31,409 nucleotides of DNA from Pyrobaculum sp. (GTDB lineage Archaea; Thermoproteota; Thermoprotei; Thermoproteales; Thermoproteaceae): assembly GCA_046293555.1 (NCBI GenBank), contig JBKBOT010000017.1:1-31409 (forward strand), given 5' to 3'. Within the stretch, counting starts at the first letter, position 1. Every line of letters starts with the position of its first letter. Below, in pieces: positions 27,757 to 31,409 of the stretch. The notes under the pieces are model-generated. The model saw only the letters and a list, made by a program, of their open reading frames with translations, did not search any database and had not been told where the DNA came from. The position numbers and the translations under genes were made by a program.

Positions 27757-29081
27757 AGTTTTCGCAACACGCTGTAGGTATAGGGATGGATGTGAGTATA
27801 TTGTGCGTGCATGTTTTTCTTAACTATGCCGTCCAATCCGCCTCCGACGCCCACGCCTCTCTCTAGCCTTATGGCTAGGGGGGCTTTTTCCCTCATGACT
27901 ATCTTAGAGTAGTGAAACTCGTGGCCTTTAATCGTCGTGCCTTTAGGCGCGATGGGAGTATCGCCGGTCACTACGCCCCAGACGTAGCCCTTGCCTACAG
28001 GCTTGTCTAACAAGATGGTGACGGCGTCTATTGCGCCTACCATTTCGTACTCAGACCTATTTATCACGATAGAGGAGGTGAGGTACATAAGGCCTCCGCA
28101 TTCTGCATATAGGACTCCCCCCCTTTCTATATAGCTCAGAAGGGACTTCTTAAACGGCTTGTTTTTCTCTAATCTCTCTGCAAAAATTTCTGGAAACCCG
28201 CCGCCAATTATCGCCACATCTATGTCGGGAAGTGTGTTATCTCTTAACGCGCTTATGAAGACAGGCCGGCCTAACGAGGCTGCCTCTTCTATCAGCTCGG
28301 GGTAGTAGAAGGTAAAGGCGTTGTCCATCACTATGCCTACCCTACAGCTGCCGCCGCCTGTAGCCTCAGGGTCGGGGGATGTCTCTATCTCCCCGGCGGC
28401 TTTGGCTATCTCCACCAGGCGGTCTAGGTCTATATGTGGCGTCACGTAGTTTTCCAACACGTGTATAACTGTGTCCACATCTCCCCTCTCCCCCGTGGGG
28501 GTTAGGCCTAGGTGTCTATACCTAAAGGCCTCCTCCAGGGCTTTAGACTTGGGCACCGCGCCGAGGACCTCCACCCCCTCCTCCGGGAGGGATTTCACAA
28601 GTTTTTCTTTTTGTCTCTCTGTGACGTTAGTTAAAATAACTGCAGGTATCTCCACCTTGGGGTCAAAGAGCTTCATCCCCCTCACAATTGCCCTAAGAGT
28701 GCGGTTTGTCCTGTCGCCATTTAGCACCAACACCACGGGGGCTTTGAGCAACTTTGCCAACTGCGCCGTGGAGCCCAGTTCAGATACGCCGTCTAGAGAG
28801 TCGTATAGCCCCAGCACCCCCTCCACTATCGCCACGTCGGCGTCTTTTGAGTATTTTACAAACCTCTTCACCACCCCGTCTTCGCCCATTAACACCACAT
28901 CTAGGTTGCGGCCAGGCCTTCTGGCCGCCGTCTGGTGGTACGAGGGGTCTATATAGTCTGGCCCAGCCTTGAAGGGGGCTACCCTAAGCCCCCTCTTGTA
29001 TAGGCCGTATAAAATGCCGAGAGTTATTATTGTCTTTCCGGACATTCCTCTAAATGACGAGATCACTAGCCGTGGCGTCAC
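27741..29081 (-). CDS. dsrN: Cobyrinate a,c-diamide synthase family; in this context probably siroheme amidase DsrN
   Basis: SGKT, FKAGPDYIDP, EGVLGLYD, RHLGL, AFTFYY, GGGFPE, YAECGGLMYL, GHEFHYS. Confidence 0.82.
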   Translation of the reverse strand: MTPRLVISSFRGMSGKTIITLGILYGLYKRGLRVAPFKAGPDYIDPSYHQTAARRPGRNLDVVLMGEDGVVKRFVKYSKDADVAIVEGVLGLYDSLDGVSELGSTAQLAKLLKAPVVLVLNGDRTNRTLRAIVRGMKLFDPKVEIPAVILTNVTERQKEKLVKSLPEEGVEVLGAVPKSKALEEAFRYRHLGLTPTGERGDVDTVIHVLENYVTPHIDLDRLVEIAKAAGEIETSPDPEATGGGSCRVGIVMDNAFTFYYPELIEEAASLGRPVFISALRDNTLPDIDVAIIGGGFPEIFAERLEKNKPFKKSLLSYIERGGVLYAECGGLMYLTSSIVINRSEYEMVGAIDAVTILLDKPVGKGYVWGVVTGDTPIAPKGTTIKGHEFHYSKIVMREKAPLAIRLERGVGVGGGLDGIVKKNMHAQYTHIHPYTYSVLRKLCRYT

Positions 29082-29162
29082 GCCCCTCCCTCAGATATGT
29101 TTTTAAATATTGTTACTAGACGTGTTTTAATAAGGCTTATTAAGCACTGTAGGCAGCTCTCT

Positions 29163-30626
29163 ATGGCGCATGAGGTTGTGGAGTTTAAACTAGGTGACAC
29201 CTCACATATCAAGGCCTTTAGGGCTAAGGAGGACTTAGTTAAAACTCTCCACGCCAGGGTGGGGCTGGAGATGCCTAAAGACCCGCTTCAACACATAAAG
29301 AAGAGACTTAGGGAAGAGGTGGGGAGAAACAGGAACCTAAAGATGGCGGTAGATGTCTGCGTACACTGCGGCGTCTGTCTAGACAACTGCCCCACCTACG
29401 TGCGTACAAAAGATATCTACAACTCGCCGGTAGGCCGCGCCGAGCTTGTACGATCTGTCTTAAAGGCAGATTCAGCCGGCGGCAAGATCTTTGGCCCGTT
29501 GGTGGGAGCAAAAAAGCTAGATGAGACACAGCTAGAGAAGATATATACATATTACTACCAGTGTCTTGAATGTAGGAAATGTGCCTACGCCTGTCCCTTT
29601 GGCATAGACCAAGCTGATGTCACCAGGGCGATTAGAGACGTGATGTATGAGGCTGGCGTCGTTTCGAGATATGTGGTCACAGTTATAGACGCAGTGGAGC
29701 GGACTGGGACAAATCTAGGCATGAAGCCTCTGGCTATCATAAAGTCCATCACCTTTGCCGCCGGCGAGATAAAAGAGGAGAAAAAGGTAGAGGTGGATTA
29801 TTACATCTATAGAGACGACCAGGGGAAGATGTACAAGTTTAAGGCAGATAAACAGGTGGGAGAGGTCGCCAGGGAGTCTGGCGACTGGCCGGAAGCCTTG
29901 TTGTTACCCCCCTCTGCGGACTTCTTTACAAACTTGGAGACTCTAAAGGGCTATATGCTCTTTCTACATCTAGTAGGCGTCAAGTATGCCTACTCTACAG
30001 AGATTGCCGAGGCGGCTAACTTCGGCCTTTTTGTCAGCGAGAGACATATGAAGTACATAGGGCAGAAGGCGGTAAATGCCGCCTTAAAGCTAGGCGTTAA
30101 GTATGTAATTGCCGGCGAGTGTGGCCACGGGTGGCGTGCCTTTAAGAACTACACGGGGCCGGAGCTAGAGAGACACGGCGTAAAGACTATGCATATCTTC
30201 CACCTGGTGATAGACGCCATCAAGAGGGGGAAGATCAAGCTAGACCCGGGGGCAAATGGCGATATTGTCTACACCTTCCAGGACTCTTGTAACTACGCCA
30301 GAGGGGGTGACCTCACGGAAGAGCCCCGTTTCATCATACGCCATGTGGTTAAGAAGTTTGTAGAGTCTCCTAACAACAGGGAGAAGACGTGGTGTTGTGG
30401 CGGGGGCGGCGGGCTGTTAACAGAAGAGCTGCTCCCCCTACGGATACAATACGCCAAGAACTGGTATGAAGACGCCGTGAAGGTTAATGCAGATCACGTG
30501 GTGAGGGCATGTGCCATATGTAAGGCACAGCTCAGCCACGCGACCCCCCACCTAAATAAAGAATACGGCAGAAACATAACCTACTCAGGTCTCATGGACC
30601 TGGTGTATAAAGCCATCGTTATGTGA
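29163..30626 (+). CDS. dsrK: DsrK-like (HdrD-family) Fe-S/CCG-domain protein
   Basis: CVHCGVCLDNCP, CLECRKCAYACPFGID, GECGHGWR, DSCNYARG, CCGGGGG, CAICK; start at ATG 29163. Confidence 0.88.
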   Translation: MAHEVVEFKLGDTSHIKAFRAKEDLVKTLHARVGLEMPKDPLQHIKKRLREEVGRNRNLKMAVDVCVHCGVCLDNCPTYVRTKDIYNSPVGRAELVRSVLKADSAGGKIFGPLVGAKKLDETQLEKIYTYYYQCLECRKCAYACPFGIDQADVTRAIRDVMYEAGVVSRYVVTVIDAVERTGTNLGMKPLAIIKSITFAAGEIKEEKKVEVDYYIYRDDQGKMYKFKADKQVGEVARESGDWPEALLLPPSADFFTNLETLKGYMLFLHLVGVKYAYSTEIAEAANFGLFVSERHMKYIGQKAVNAALKLGVKYVIAGECGHGWRAFKNYTGPELERHGVKTMHIFHLVIDAIKRGKIKLDPGANGDIVYTFQDSCNYARGGDLTEEPRFIIRHVVKKFVESPNNREKTWCCGGGGGLLTEELLPLRIQYAKNWYEDAVKVNADHVVRACAICKAQLSHATPHLNKEYGRNITYSGLMDLVYKAIVM

Positions 30627-30761
30627 CACAGTTGTGACCGGCGGCTCCGCTGAGGTTAGTTTAAACCGGCGGGAAGATGGGAGGCGGTACCACCAGGCGT
30701 TAGCCCGGGGCAGAGACTGAGACTAGACGTCAAAGGGGGCAAGAGGCGCGTTGGGGCAGCT

Positions 30762-31407
30762 TCAGAAAGTATTGCGTTCAGACGTCCAGTAGCCCTCACG
30801 AAAGTCAGGCAGAAAGTCTATAGACGTAACTGGCGCTCTACACGCAACCCAACGCCAAAGAGGGGGTGCCTCATGAATGGAATAAGAGGGCTTGCCAATA
30901 GTCGTGGTGCCTAGACACACGCCGGTTAGAGTCGGGGGCGGTGGCCACGGCGTCAGGAGGCGGGCTAACATGCGGCCTCCTCAAAAAGGCGCCACATCTC
31001 TCACGACGTTGTCTAGGCCTTGGCAAGAATCTCTCCACCCCGTCCATTGGTGGCCCGTATGACACATCTTTCACCACTACTTACGGTAGATACATGGCTG
31101 GCTGCTTCAGACAGCGGGACTACTTCAGACTGGAAGTATGAGGTTCTTGGCGTCACCTATGGCGTATTCTTGTATCTCAGATGTGTGTATACTGTAGATA
31201 CAGAGGCCTCGTTGGGCTATAAACAGCCAGACGTGAGGTGTCTCGACTTCTTTATGGGGGGTCTGACTACAGGTCTCTCGGCGGAAATCTTATTAAATAC
31301 CTGTTAACTATCTTTATGCTAATCTTTCCACCTCTTGATGGTAGCTCTAGGTCTATTCTTTGTTTTATTTCTCTCTTCGGCCCTGTGACTATGTATCGTG
31401 TGGCGAG
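30762..31407 (-). pseudogene. Possible decayed coding sequence of unknown family
   Basis: Successive short protein-like minus-strand segments in shifting frames (LATRYIVTGPKREIKQRIDLELP..., EVETPHVWLFIAQRG..., DFLPDFREGYW), with no intact long ORF in an otherwise gene-dense window. Confidence 0.3.
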
Positions 31408-31409
31408 GG

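Noticed and set aside
27070-29081. Cobalamin biosynthesis operon
   Set aside because: Only cobA and a cbiA-like gene are present; in a dsr context these are better explained as siroheme synthesis and amidation (DsrN)
30672-30720. Possible C/D-box sRNA (AAGATGG ... CTGA)
   Set aside because: Box C has two mismatches and there are no clear D'/C' boxes
1-31409. tRNA, rRNA, CRISPR array, IS element or integrase
   Set aside because: No cloverleaf, regularly spaced repeats or transposase motifs were seen by eye

Overview
Gene-dense hyperthermophilic crenarchaeal DNA (Thermoproteales, Pyrobaculum-like: short AT-rich TATA promoters about 25 nt ahead of start codons, overlapping stop/start codons, Pyrobaculum-type DsrC). 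Almost the whole window is one sulfur-metabolism supercluster, bounded by a decayed acyl-CoA transferase on the left and apparently decayed coding sequence on the right. Left arm (0.8-10.3 kb): SelD-like/acylphosphatase fusion, TusA, DsrE, a PhnD/C/E-family ABC transporter with altered ligand residues, YeeE, an unknown exported protein, a Tat-exported FccB-type flavoprotein and a His-rich NifX-family protein. Middle (10.4-16.7 kb): TorD chaperone, RHH regulator and a ttrBCA-type molybdopterin reductase. Right arm (16.8-30.6 kb): dsrC, DsrE, dsrAB plus a small downstream ORF, an AprM/QmoC-like membrane protein, aprBA, TauE, sat, siroheme methyltransferase, DsrN/CbiA and DsrK. The best candidate for an undescribed system is the left-arm module, which may import and activate sulfur (or Se/As) oxyanions. 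It sits beside a Dsr/Apr/Sat pathway that mixes partners usually seen in oxidisers and reducers. All family calls come from motif recognition by eye; no database search was run.
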